The notes beneath the pieces were generated by a model, which was not told the DNA's origin, ran no database searches, and saw only the letters and a list, made by a program, of their open reading frames with translations. A stretch of 64,000 nucleotides of DNA, taken from NCBI GenBank assembly GCA_000965745.1, contig CP009479.1, positions 1,280,001-1,344,000 on the forward strand, written 5' to 3'. Origin of the DNA: an uncultured archaeon (GTDB taxonomy: Archaea; Thermoplasmatota; Thermoplasmata; Thermoplasmatales; Thermoplasmataceae). Within the stretch, counting starts at the first letter, position 1. The number at the start of each line of letters is the position of its first letter. Below, one piece after another: positions 9,465 through 18,891 of the stretch. The position numbers and the translations under genes are program-made.

Positions 9465-10250
9465 ATGTTAGTGTATTCACTTTCCATTGCAGAAGCAATA
9501 TTCGCGGGCTCCATCATAGTCATAGGAGGGATGGTTGAGGGAACCGGAAAAGGCCTCTCTCTGGGTACAAAATGGCCTTATACCAGGAACATGCCGGGGC
9601 TTGCACTGAAGCTGGATTCAGAGGTCTGGCACAGAGTCGTTGCCACTATTCTGGGATTGAATGCGGTGGCAATACTGATACTTGGAAGGGGGGAACTTGA
9701 GATAGTGGGATTTCTCCTTGTTGCAGCTACGGCCCTCCTTGGGCTTGGGACCCTGTACACACAGGCAGGAAAAGCCCCGTCACTTATTCAGGGGACTCAT
9801 GACATTCTTGCTTACCTGACCCTGTTGACATATCTCCTGCTTGCTGTAAGCGACCCTGTCAACTTCGGCTCATTCCTCCTGCATGCCATCCCGCTTCATT
9901 CATTCCTTCTGGTCGCATTCATGGGGGGTGTAACTGCAGGCCAGAGAGGTTTTGGAAAAGCAATAGGGCAGTTTGTGGTTCCGAAGACATTTGCACAATG
10001 GGCATGGGTTGTTCATATGCTTTCTGTCCTGATCTTTATCCTGACGCTGGCGTATTTCTTCCCGAACTATGACGTGGCCTTTATCCTGACACTTGTCCAG
10101 ATGGGGGTTGGTCTTTTTTCATACCAGTCGGTCAACAAAAACCCAAAGAGGCCTGGAATGCTCATACCGACACATCAGCTTTTCTCTGTGCTGATAGTGG
10201 TATCTATATTCTTCGGCTTGTCTATAAACGTACCATTTCTTATGAAATAA
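9465..10250 (+). CDS. ctaA: Heme a synthase (CtaA/Cox15), cysteine-less type
   Basis: 'GGMVEGTGKGLSLGTKWP', 'EVWHR', further TM His residues, directly downstream of ctaB. Confidence 0.75.
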   Translation: MLVYSLSIAEAIFAGSIIVIGGMVEGTGKGLSLGTKWPYTRNMPGLALKLDSEVWHRVVATILGLNAVAILILGRGELEIVGFLLVAATALLGLGTLYTQAGKAPSLIQGTHDILAYLTLLTYLLLAVSDPVNFGSFLLHAIPLHSFLLVAFMGGVTAGQRGFGKAIGQFVVPKTFAQWAWVVHMLSVLIFILTLAYFFPNYDVAFILTLVQMGVGLFSYQSVNKNPKRPGMLIPTHQLFSVLIVVSIFFGLSINVPFLMK

Positions 10251-10341
10251 ATCAATCTTTAATTAATATTAATTTACCTAAATTATATCTTCCTGTTTTT
10301 ACCTTCATCTTCTCCCTTTTTGGGAAATAGTTAAGTAAATT

Positions 10342-10539
10342 ATGGCCATGGTTAGGTATATGAATAAACTGATGGTGGTCGCAGGTTTCGCGCTTATCGC
10401 CTTTGGGGTATTCTACATGCCATTCTCCAGATTTGCAGCCTGGGACCTTTACCTGGAGGCCGCCGCCTCTATGATCTTTATAGCAGGCGCACTTTTTTTC
10501 GAGAAAGATGAAGACTTCATAGATGAGGATGAAGAGTAA
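10342..10539 (+). CDS. Small two-TM hypothetical protein
   Basis: 65-aa ORF with two hydrophobic segments and an acidic tail. Confidence 0.55.
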   Translation: MAMVRYMNKLMVVAGFALIAFGVFYMPFSRFAAWDLYLEAAASMIFIAGALFFEKDEDFIDEDEE

Positions 10540-10735
10540 TCCCGGATGGGGCAAAATGCAAGACGTTACATTATCTTTTAATACTATTACATAGATGAAA
10601 ATTTTAAAAGTGATGCTACAATTACGACATAAAATATTGGGTTTGCAACTGAGCAACCCACAGGAAAGTAGATAAGCTCAGATATGGTATAATCCAATAT
10701 GTTCAACGGGCATCGAGCCCTATGGAGACTTTAGA

Positions 10736-12217
10736 ATGGCCGCAAGAAACATCCTGGCAGGAGGAATATCATCTTTCTTCATACTCCTGTATATGGTGGT
10801 AGTGCTTAACGTCGGTTATGTCTACATCGATCAGTTTGCACGCCAGGAAGTCATCATGGCATTCATCGTTGCCATGGCTCTCCCTGTACTTGCAATGATC
10901 CCGTCCAGAAGGCTTGGGAAGGCTCAATTTTACCTGGAGCTTGTAGTGCTCCTGTACACATACGGAATGGCAATGCTGGCGATACAGAAGCCCGTTCTTC
11001 TGTTCATCGCATTGGTCCCGTTTATAATCAACCTGCTTCTCTTCCAGTCAAGGTTTCTCACGACGGGCAGGCAGAAGTACAAAGCGGTCACATTTGTTGC
11101 ACTCCTCGTTTTTATGTACTTCGTATCAAGCGTTATCAAGGTTGAAATTCCCGGTGTCAGGGGATACGAATTTGCCATTGCCCTTTATGACGACAACATC
11201 TCGCCACAGGGAATACAGTTCATAATGACAGGGGCCATAACCCTTTTCACAAAGCTGTTTGTAATCGATCTGAGTGTCGGGGATTTTCTCCTTTTCATCA
11301 CCATATCTGCAATTCTCACTGAAAACTACAGCATGATATTCACTTATCTGAAGAGCAGGAACAAGGGAATGGTGAACACCACGCTTTCAGGCGCGGTGAC
11401 TGCACTCAGCTGCCAGTGTGAAAGCCTTGCCGCGGCCTTTCCAACAGTGATAGTGCTCCTCCTGTCCGTGATAATAGTGCCACTCATGGTTGAAACTGTC
11501 GGCAGCATCATACTTACGTCATTCCTTCTCTCGAGGCTGTATCTTAGAGGGAGAGGCTGGGGATTCGTACACCGCGTGGAAGAATGGTCAAGGGGAAACG
11601 GATTTCTCAAGGTGATGATCCTCCCTTACCTTGTCGTGCCGCTGTTCGAGACGTTTGGGATCTTCCTGGGTTTTCTGAACATATTCATGTTCTTTGCCGG
11701 AATAAATTTCCTGATGTTCTTCACAGGTATTTCAATCCCGGTTGTAATCAAAAGAGTTGTGGGGTTCAGGGGATTCAGCAGCCGTCTGCCCCTGATAGGC
11801 CTTACCGCTCTTTCCGCTTTTCTAATGTACGTATGGTTCTTGCCTTCTCTGACCCTTGTTGCATACACTTCTCCCGCCTATTTTGCAGTGATGAACCTCT
11901 CCGCTGTCGCCTCTGGATTTCTTTCGGGTGTTGCATATGCATCCACCCGCAGCCATGAAAACAGGAGGCTTCTGCTCGAGTTCATCACGATGATGGAGAG
12001 CATGTTTGCAATAATTGTGTTCTATATTTCTGTGGTAGGCAGGTATACAATATGGCCCGAGTTCGGCCTTCTCCAGGCCACCGAATTTGCAATTGCAATG
12101 TTTGGAGTGACTCTCCCATTCATGTGGATGAGCACCCACATGACCCTATCGGATTATGCTGTTGATGATACTCCCACGAAGGTTAGAAGTGGAAGAAACG
12201 ACGCCGTAAAGGCCTGA
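10736..12217 (+). CDS. Polytopic membrane protein with SCQC motif
   Basis: 493-aa ORF, many TM segments, 'TALSCQCES'. Confidence 0.8.
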   Translation: MAARNILAGGISSFFILLYMVVVLNVGYVYIDQFARQEVIMAFIVAMALPVLAMIPSRRLGKAQFYLELVVLLYTYGMAMLAIQKPVLLFIALVPFIINLLLFQSRFLTTGRQKYKAVTFVALLVFMYFVSSVIKVEIPGVRGYEFAIALYDDNISPQGIQFIMTGAITLFTKLFVIDLSVGDFLLFITISAILTENYSMIFTYLKSRNKGMVNTTLSGAVTALSCQCESLAAAFPTVIVLLLSVIIVPLMVETVGSIILTSFLLSRLYLRGRGWGFVHRVEEWSRGNGFLKVMILPYLVVPLFETFGIFLGFLNIFMFFAGINFLMFFTGISIPVVIKRVVGFRGFSSRLPLIGLTALSAFLMYVWFLPSLTLVAYTSPAYFAVMNLSAVASGFLSGVAYASTRSHENRRLLLEFITMMESMFAIIVFYISVVGRYTIWPEFGLLQATEFAIAMFGVTLPFMWMSTHMTLSDYAVDDTPTKVRSGRNDAVKA

Positions 12218-12233
12218 CATTGGTGGCAGGCTT

Positions 12234-12893
12234 TTATGTCGGGCCCATAAGGTATGAGATTATATTGACATACCATGGTACAATGGGGAGCGCCATAAGC
12301 AACAGGCTGAGATGAATCGACATGGAAATGTAAACACTTTTCCTCAGGTAATATACAACTCCGTAGATCAACCCGATCGACATCATCGAGAATATGAAGA
12401 TAACGGACAGGAATACGTTCGGCCACGTCCCCTGGTAGAAAAGTTCGTAATATGCATACCAGATCCCGAAAAGGATGCCCTGTATTATTACCGCTTTCTC
12501 CCTGCTGAGCGCGTTCCCCAAATATTCTATCAGTACAAACCTGAAATTCACTTCTTCAAGCAGCACAGGGGCATAGAGTGCAAAAAGGACCTGCTCCCTG
12601 CCGAAGCCGTAGAAGGCATACAGAAAGAACCAGAATGAAATTGTGCCTACGAGCACGAGAAAGTCAGTGGAAATGAACGCTCTTCTAGCTGACTCTGCCA
12701 ATCTGTGGTCGAGAAGTATCATGGCTGATAGAACTGCTGGCATACCTATCAAGTAGAGCAAGTACGTGTCGTAGCTGACAACAATGGTGAACAGGTAGTA
12801 TATCGCAAATATTATGGCCTCAAGGAATATGAACAGGACCGGCCCAATGTTTCTAGATCCCGCCGTCTCACGTGCATTTTCAAATGATACCAT
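12234..12893 (-). CDS. CPBP (Abi/Rce1) intramembrane glutamic protease
   Basis: 'LLEEVNFR' EExxxR motif and distal 'SIHL'. Confidence 0.8.
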   Translation of the reverse strand: MVSFENARETAGSRNIGPVLFIFLEAIIFAIYYLFTIVVSYDTYLLYLIGMPAVLSAMILLDHRLAESARRAFISTDFLVLVGTISFWFFLYAFYGFGREQVLFALYAPVLLEEVNFRFVLIEYLGNALSREKAVIIQGILFGIWYAYYELFYQGTWPNVFLSVIFIFSMMSIGLIYGVVYYLRKSVYISMSIHLSLLLMALPIVPWYVNIISYLMGPT

Positions 12894-12916
12894 CCTATTC
12901 CGGCCTCCCCTTTGAT

Positions 12917-14989
12917 TCAGTCCTTTGGATTTGCATCACCCCTATTCCTGTCCTTTCTGATTTCAGTGACATAATCCCTGACATCATAGAAGTAGATGTT
13001 ATCGTACGGGCATGCCTGGAGGCATGACCCGGACCCCACGCATTTTGAGCTCTTGAAGTACCCCTGTTTTATGAACTGTGAAGCAAGGTCGCCCAGACCA
13101 ACCTCACAGTTCGTCACACAATCCTTAGTGGGGCATGTGACGCATGTCTGTGGACTCCTGACCTTGAGCTTGAACAGCCCTATCCTGCTGAAGAAACCCA
13201 CGAACGTGCCCGTGGAACACCACCCATAACGCCTGCACGGGCTCATTCCGACGAAGGGGATGGAAACGAAGAATATGTACCAGAGGAAGTTCCATATGAA
13301 CAGGGTGTAAAAAACAGTGGTGTCAATGCCGTATATGGTCAATCCTGAAGTGCCAGTAACAGAATAATATGAAATAACAGAGAACAGTATCGCAATGATC
13401 CATGAATTGTATGCTACCGTGAGCACAGAATCCTTGTACCTGCTTCCAATGTGTTTCCTGCTGAACTTGGACTCATAATTGTACGATATCATGCTCTGCC
13501 CGAGAGTGCCCCCGTACATCACTGCAGAAGGGCACAATGTGCTGCAGTAGCTTCTCCTCCCGAAAAGGAGCGCCAGGACCGCGAATATCACGTAGCTGAA
13601 TACTATGCCTATGGCAAATGCGGGATAGAAGGCCCCAAGCTCACCAACATTGGGCCAGAACGGAAGAGCGTATGCCGACTTCCCGAAAAGAGAGGTCCAC
13701 CATTCGCTCTGGAACCACACAGTCCATATCCAGAAGGCAGACAGTGCGAGGGCGAGATTCCAGCGTTTCCCTTTCCATTGGGTGCTGCGCATCCTGAAGA
13801 CAACCAGAAAACTCATTTCCAGACCCATTATGGTCCAGAACCAGGGGCTGTCAGTAACTATTCCTATCAGGTATAGTGAGTCCAGAACCGATGATGCAGG
13901 GTTGAAAGCTGATACGCCGGAAAGCATATTTGAGAAAGCCGTGAAGTCAGTCATGCCGCCGCCGAAATTTATCGCAGGGACAATGGAGTACGGTGTACCG
14001 GCATTTTGAACCATTAAGGCTGCGGAAATGAACCACTCGGAAACAAACGATGCCAGTAAAACGGTAAAAAGGAAAAGCGGGTTCCTGATCCACCCGGTTC
14101 TTGACTTTTTATGGACGTCTGCCTCAACAGGCCTGATTACGCTGTTGAAGTAGACCCCCATCGTGACGGACATCCCTCCTGCATAGAACAGCCAAGCGAT
14201 AAGGAAAGGACTCCGGAACACAGTACCAAAGAAAATTCCGAATGACATGAATGCGAAGGAAATGAACAGCCATCTCAACTGGTTCTTATCTTCCGGCTTC
14301 ATCGTGTTCCTGCTGTGTGAGATGCGCTCGAAAAGAAGTACCATGAACAGAATCATCGCTGCTGTAGTCAGCAAAGTCCCCATTCGCAAAAACCCATAAT
14401 TTCCGAGGATAGTCGGCGAGAACAGAGCCATGCTGAGAAGGGAAAGCAGAATATACAGATGAAGCCCCCTGGCTTTTGTTAACAGGAGCACAATTACCAT
14501 TTCGGCGGACATTGGGGCAACAAACAGGTATGAGTTCACGCCAGCACTGAACATGTAGAGGATGTATGATGCCCCCCCTAAAACACCAGGAAGTGCTGAA
14601 ATTCCTCCAGAACCAAATCCGAGTGAATAAGCGAGTACTCCAAGCGAGACTTCATTCCAGACAATCATCCCCACGATGAGCCTTGTCACGGAAGCCGTCA
14701 GCCCGGTAAACGGCCTTCCAATGGCGAAATAGATGAGGTAAAGGATTGTGCCCCCCATTATGAACATGACGTAAACCATTGCAAGGAACAGATTTGCAAA
14801 GGAGGGGCCCATGTCAACGTAGAAGGATATGGCGTTGAACATGCTAGCCATCATTGTCAGGACAATAAACACAATGGCACCATGTTTAAGCGTAAAATCA
14901 TACCGGTTCCTGAGTATGAGCAGCAGCAGGTAAGTTAGGACTATCGGCATCCCGGCTTCTATCAGAAGTATAAGCCCAAGGTATCGCAA
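12917..14989 (-). CDS. Large polytopic membrane protein with C-terminal 4Fe-4S domain (NapH/CcoG/FoxG-like)
   Basis: 'GRRSYCSTLCP', 'CRRYGWCS', 'CVTCPTKDCVTNC', 'CVGSGSCLQACP'. Confidence 0.82.
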   Translation of the reverse strand: MRYLGLILLIEAGMPIVLTYLLLLILRNRYDFTLKHGAIVFIVLTMMASMFNAISFYVDMGPSFANLFLAMVYVMFIMGGTILYLIYFAIGRPFTGLTASVTRLIVGMIVWNEVSLGVLAYSLGFGSGGISALPGVLGGASYILYMFSAGVNSYLFVAPMSAEMVIVLLLTKARGLHLYILLSLLSMALFSPTILGNYGFLRMGTLLTTAAMILFMVLLFERISHSRNTMKPEDKNQLRWLFISFAFMSFGIFFGTVFRSPFLIAWLFYAGGMSVTMGVYFNSVIRPVEADVHKKSRTGWIRNPLFLFTVLLASFVSEWFISAALMVQNAGTPYSIVPAINFGGGMTDFTAFSNMLSGVSAFNPASSVLDSLYLIGIVTDSPWFWTIMGLEMSFLVVFRMRSTQWKGKRWNLALALSAFWIWTVWFQSEWWTSLFGKSAYALPFWPNVGELGAFYPAFAIGIVFSYVIFAVLALLFGRRSYCSTLCPSAVMYGGTLGQSMISYNYESKFSRKHIGSRYKDSVLTVAYNSWIIAILFSVISYYSVTGTSGLTIYGIDTTVFYTLFIWNFLWYIFFVSIPFVGMSPCRRYGWCSTGTFVGFFSRIGLFKLKVRSPQTCVTCPTKDCVTNCEVGLGDLASQFIKQGYFKSSKCVGSGSCLQACPYDNIYFYDVRDYVTEIRKDRNRGDANPKD

Positions 14990-15270
14990 TACAGATCACA
15001 CGATTCCCGAATTTAGTATTAAAATATAACTATTACCGATACAGTTCAAAATATCTAGGTGGCACTCAGGTTTTCGTATTCTAAAGGCATGTTTTTGGAA
15101 TGAGTTCAGTATATAACCAGTCATAGGCTGCTGCCAGGTTAAATTACAATATATGATAGTATTATAACTTAACTGTTATTATAAAATAAGCAAATCCTCA
15201 TAGAATAATGTTAAATATCTATCATGATTTTTGGAAACATAACACATAATAACATAATAAACTGATTGAA

Positions 15271-15729
15271 ATGCTTAAACGGAGAGAATGGGACAGGACC
15301 GTTATAAAGGTAATCTTTGTCATGGTCAGGGTACTTCTTCTCGTTGCAATAGTTATCGAGATCTATTTCACGGGGCAGCTCCTTTATCAGAAGATACCTG
15401 AGGGGGCTTCAGCAGTGACCCAGGATCTGGCAAACCTTGTGTCTGGAAGCCTGCTCGCACTCGCCATCATGGACATCTATCTTTCCGTTGGGGTCTATTC
15501 AAGGGGCGACATAAAGAACCTGGTGTACATCATCGACGCTGCGGTCTTCTTCGTGGTAAGGGACATCGTCATTCAACTTTTCAACGGTGAAAGCATTCCT
15601 CAGTATAACGTATACATTTACAGGGTGGGAATTCTCGGGGCAGTGGTTCTCGCACTGGTTGCAGCACGATTTGTGGCAATCCTGTCTTCTGAAAAGGCAA
15701 TGCAGGTTAACAGGGATGAACTTTCGTAG
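15271..15729 (+). CDS. PsiE-like (phosphate-starvation-inducible) membrane protein
   Basis: Four TM segments, 'YIIDAAVFFVVRDIV'. Confidence 0.65.
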   Translation: MLKRREWDRTVIKVIFVMVRVLLLVAIVIEIYFTGQLLYQKIPEGASAVTQDLANLVSGSLLALAIMDIYLSVGVYSRGDIKNLVYIIDAAVFFVVRDIVIQLFNGESIPQYNVYIYRVGILGAVVLALVAARFVAILSSEKAMQVNRDELS

Positions 15730-15748
15730 CTTACCTTCAGCATCGTTC

Positions 15749-16537
15749 TCATCTCCAGTGTCCCTTTCCAATAAAAAAAGCTATGACAAAAACAACGACA
15801 CCGGATATTACCACCAAGGGTCCTGCCGGAACGCCTGAAAAGTATGAAATAACGACTCCAATCACCGCGCTGAACCCGCCGAAAAATGCACTGAAAAGGG
15901 CATAATTCCTCAGATTTCTGCTTATGTTCCTCGCAGCAGCCGCAGGCACTATTACGACCGCTCCCACGAGAATAGTCCCAACCTCCTTTATGCCGATTGC
16001 CACAACCGTCGCTACAAGGATAAGGTAGATGAGATTTATTCTCTCCACTTTCACACCCATCGAGAGGGCCATTTCCTTTGAAATCATGGACATGGCCATA
16101 TCTCTGTAGATCAACCTGGTTACGAGCACGGTGAAAAATGCTATAACGCCTGTAATGGCAGTATCCAGGGGTGTAATCGTACTGATATCACCGAAAAGGG
16201 CATGCAGAAGCTCCGTCTCAGGGGTTATCAGCAGTCCCACCGCGAGTGCCAGGACGAACAGCACGCCTATGATGGTTTCAATAGGAAGGACTGTGGACTT
16301 TTGGAGGTACCAGGTAGCAATCATAACTGCTACAAGAAAGCTGAATGCTCCAATAAACGGGTTGAAATTCAGAAGCAGGCCTATGGCAAGACCAGGGAGG
16401 GCAACATGCGACAGGGCATCTCCAACGAGGGCCATTCTTTTTGAGATCATGATGGATCCAAGGTACCCTGCGGTAGGGCCTACGAAAATACCGACGATGA
16501 TAGGCAGAAGCAATGCGTATTGCAAGGTGTCAGTCAC
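15749..16537 (-). CDS. znuB: Zn/Mn ABC transporter permease
   Basis: 'MALVGDALSHVALPG', 'LFGDI', 'PAAAA'. Confidence 0.9.
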   Translation of the reverse strand: MTDTLQYALLLPIIVGIFVGPTAGYLGSIMISKRMALVGDALSHVALPGLAIGLLLNFNPFIGAFSFLVAVMIATWYLQKSTVLPIETIIGVLFVLALAVGLLITPETELLHALFGDISTITPLDTAITGVIAFFTVLVTRLIYRDMAMSMISKEMALSMGVKVERINLIYLILVATVVAIGIKEVGTILVGAVVIVPAAAARNISRNLRNYALFSAFFGGFSAVIGVVISYFSGVPAGPLVVISGVVVFVIAFFIGKGHWR

Positions 16538-17228
16538 CCTCCCCCTCTGATATACCCGCCATAAGCTTTATGAGATCATGATGGGGGATTGTTCTGGTTT
16601 TCCCAAAATAAAACTGCTTCCGGTTAATGGCAAGCAGGAAGTCTGAATAATGGGAAATCACATGAAGATTGTGAGAGATGAGGAGAATTGTGGTCCCGTG
16701 CCTTTCCTTCATGGCAAGTATTCTTTCATAAATCGGCTCTTCGGCACCTATGTCTACTAGTGATGTCGGCTCATCAAATAGAAGAATGTCAGGGTTATCT
16801 GCGATTGCCCAGCCAAGCAGAACTCTCTGAAGCTCACCTCCTGATAGCTCAGAAAGGCTCTCCTTTAACATCCCCTGATTGAGCCCGACAGATTCCATGC
16901 ACTCTTTGTGATCTGATATGCTCTTCAGACCCAGAAACTCTTCGACCGATACAGGCAGGTCTGTGGAAACAAGTGTCTGCGGAACGTATCCGATCCTCGC
17001 CCGCCCTGACCATTCGACCGTTCCAGTGTAAGGTATCAAGTTCATGAGAACTCTGAATAGCGTTGTTTTTCCCGCTCCGTTTGGGCCCACAATGGCTAGT
17101 GTTGTGCCTCTTTCAACGCTAAAGTTAATGTCTTCCAGAATTGGTCTTCCTCTCTCTTCAACGTAAAGGTTTGAAACTCTAAGGATCAACCCCCCACTTC
17201 TGTACTCCCTTTCACTCACAATGATCAC
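16530..17228 (-). CDS. znuC: Zn/Mn ABC transporter ATPase
   Basis: GPNGAGKT, IGYVPQ, LSGGELQR, LLFDEP. Confidence 0.9.
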   Translation of the reverse strand: MIIVSEREYRSGGLILRVSNLYVEERGRPILEDINFSVERGTTLAIVGPNGAGKTTLFRVLMNLIPYTGTVEWSGRARIGYVPQTLVSTDLPVSVEEFLGLKSISDHKECMESVGLNQGMLKESLSELSGGELQRVLLGWAIADNPDILLFDEPTSLVDIGAEEPIYERILAMKERHGTTILLISHNLHVISHYSDFLLAINRKQFYFGKTRTIPHHDLIKLMAGISEGEGD

Positions 17229-17422
17229 TATTCATATCCAGAGAGAATTTTTGCCCTTGTCGGGGACGCCTCAGGCCATAAATCAGTCCCTGCAATTCTT
17301 TTTCGGTTATTATCGACAGGGTCAAGATAACAATGATGCCGAACTATTGAGAGACCATTATGCCAAGGGTCCTGCATTTCAGGGAAGGAAAATGTTTAAC
17401 AGAACCACAACGATAATCGCAA

Positions 17423-17929
17423 GTGCGGAAAGAAAGTTTAGAGGAAGCGCAGGGATATTTTACTACAACAGTTGCACTAGTAACATCGCAGAAAGGCTCT
17501 GACATAAACGTGATGTCGGCAGAGTGGTCGCTCAGAGTGTCGTTGGAACCTTTCCTTATGTCTGTGTTTGTAGGCTATGAAAGGGCTACTTATGACAAGA
17601 TAAGTGATTCAGGGGAATTCGGCCTGAGTTATTGCTCAGACGAACAGGCACACCTTGCACACATCGCGGGCAATTTTTCCTTCAGGGAGCACGACAAGTT
17701 CAAGCTGGCGGACTTCCGGACATTCCAGTCCAGGCACATCAGGCCTCCTCTTATCGACGGCGCAATTTCTAAGTTTGAGTGCGAAGTCATAGATGAATTC
17801 AAGGTAGGGGACCACGCAGCTTTCATTGGCAAGGTAAGGGCAGCTTATTTCGACGAAGCCAGGAAGCCTCTTGTTTTCCACAATGGTAAATTCTGGAAAT
17901 CCGGGGCAAGGATTCCCAAGGGAAGCTGA
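17423..17929 (+). CDS. Flavin reductase family protein
   Basis: 'SLEPFL', 'ECEV...VGDH..FIGKV', 'PLVF'. Confidence 0.85.
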   Translation: MRKESLEEAQGYFTTTVALVTSQKGSDINVMSAEWSLRVSLEPFLMSVFVGYERATYDKISDSGEFGLSYCSDEQAHLAHIAGNFSFREHDKFKLADFRTFQSRHIRPPLIDGAISKFECEVIDEFKVGDHAAFIGKVRAAYFDEARKPLVFHNGKFWKSGARIPKGS

Positions 17930-17966
17930 CCCCAGTCATATTTTCTGCAATTCACACAATAATTAT

Positions 17967-17986
17967 CCATACCCTTAGAGGTATGG
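17967..17986. promoter_or_regulatory. Palindromic candidate operator upstream of flavodoxin
   Basis: CCATACC-CTTAGA-GGTATGG, perfect 7-bp arms. Confidence 0.5.
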
Positions 17987-18033
17987 CGCCTGACTTTAAT
18001 CACCTCATGGAAGTACAAAGGTGAGGTGGAAAG

Positions 18034-18558
18034 ATGAAAGTTATTGTTGTTTACGACTCGATGTACGGTAATACGAGAAAGATTGCCGAATCAATCTCGA
18101 GTGCGTTTGATGGAACAGAGTGTATAAAAACGCTTCATGTTGAAAAGGCAACACCAGAGGATCTGAAAGGCTTTAGTCTCATTATCATTGGCTCTCCGAC
18201 CCATGGTGGGAGGCCAACGCCAGCTGTACATAAATTCATGGATAACCTGCCGGGCGCAGTCAAGAACGATGTCCATTTCGCATCCTTTGACACCAGATTC
18301 TCGGTTAAGGAACAGGGAGCTGGACTCAGATTCCTAATGAGATTGATCGGATACGCTGCAGAGAAAATTGACAGGAAAATGTCAGAAAAGGGGTACAAAC
18401 CAGTGGTAAAGCCTGAAGCGTTTATAGTTGTTGATAAGGAAGGCCCTCTCAGGGAAGGAGAGGAAGAAAGAGCCAGAAACTGGGGAAAAATAATAGAGGG
18501 TAAGATTGCACTACACAAAGGGGAAAATGTGACGGAACAGACACCACTCCATGGGTAG
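18034..18558 (+). CDS. Flavodoxin family protein
   Basis: 'VYDSMYGNTRKIA', 'IIGSPTHGG', 'FDTR'. Confidence 0.9.
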   Translation: MKVIVVYDSMYGNTRKIAESISSAFDGTECIKTLHVEKATPEDLKGFSLIIIGSPTHGGRPTPAVHKFMDNLPGAVKNDVHFASFDTRFSVKEQGAGLRFLMRLIGYAAEKIDRKMSEKGYKPVVKPEAFIVVDKEGPLREGEEERARNWGKIIEGKIALHKGENVTEQTPLHG

Positions 18559-18680
18559 GTTGCCAACCCGTTTAAGGAGAAACATTTTTCACCGTCGATT
18601 TATAGAAAAAATCTGCCATGCCACCGGATACGGGACTTTTGGAAAAAAGAGAAGGGTCAATGAACACCGAAATCTGATTA

Positions 18681-18696
18681 ATGGGGCTGACCGGGT
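18681..18696. repeat. Distal att site (copy of the tRNA 3' end)
   Basis: Identical to 27298-27313. Confidence 0.88.
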
Positions 18697-18732
18697 ACGT
18701 CATTCAGGGTTCATTCCCGGAGGTGATGCCTG

Positions 18733-18891
18733 TTGCAGCCTGATCTGCACAACGTTAATCACATTTTTGAAGAAGGGTACAGAAGAGGGTTCAGGAAATC
18801 CGACCTGAACGAGCTCATTGAAGAATACCGGCTTGAGTACAGGGATGAGCCAAAAACTCTGCTGCAACTTCTTCTGGGGGTGGTATCCTGA
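18733..18891 (+). CDS. Small hypothetical element protein (52 aa)
   Basis: GGAGGTGA SD then TTG; MQPDLHNVNHIFEEGYRRGF...LLLGVVS. Confidence 0.55.
   Translation: MQPDLHNVNHIFEEGYRRGFRKSDLNELIEEYRLEYRDEPKTLLQLLLGVVS

Noticed and set aside
15236-15262. AACATAA-like short tandem repeats before the psiE-like gene
   Set aside because: Short, imperfect and within AT-rich promoter DNA
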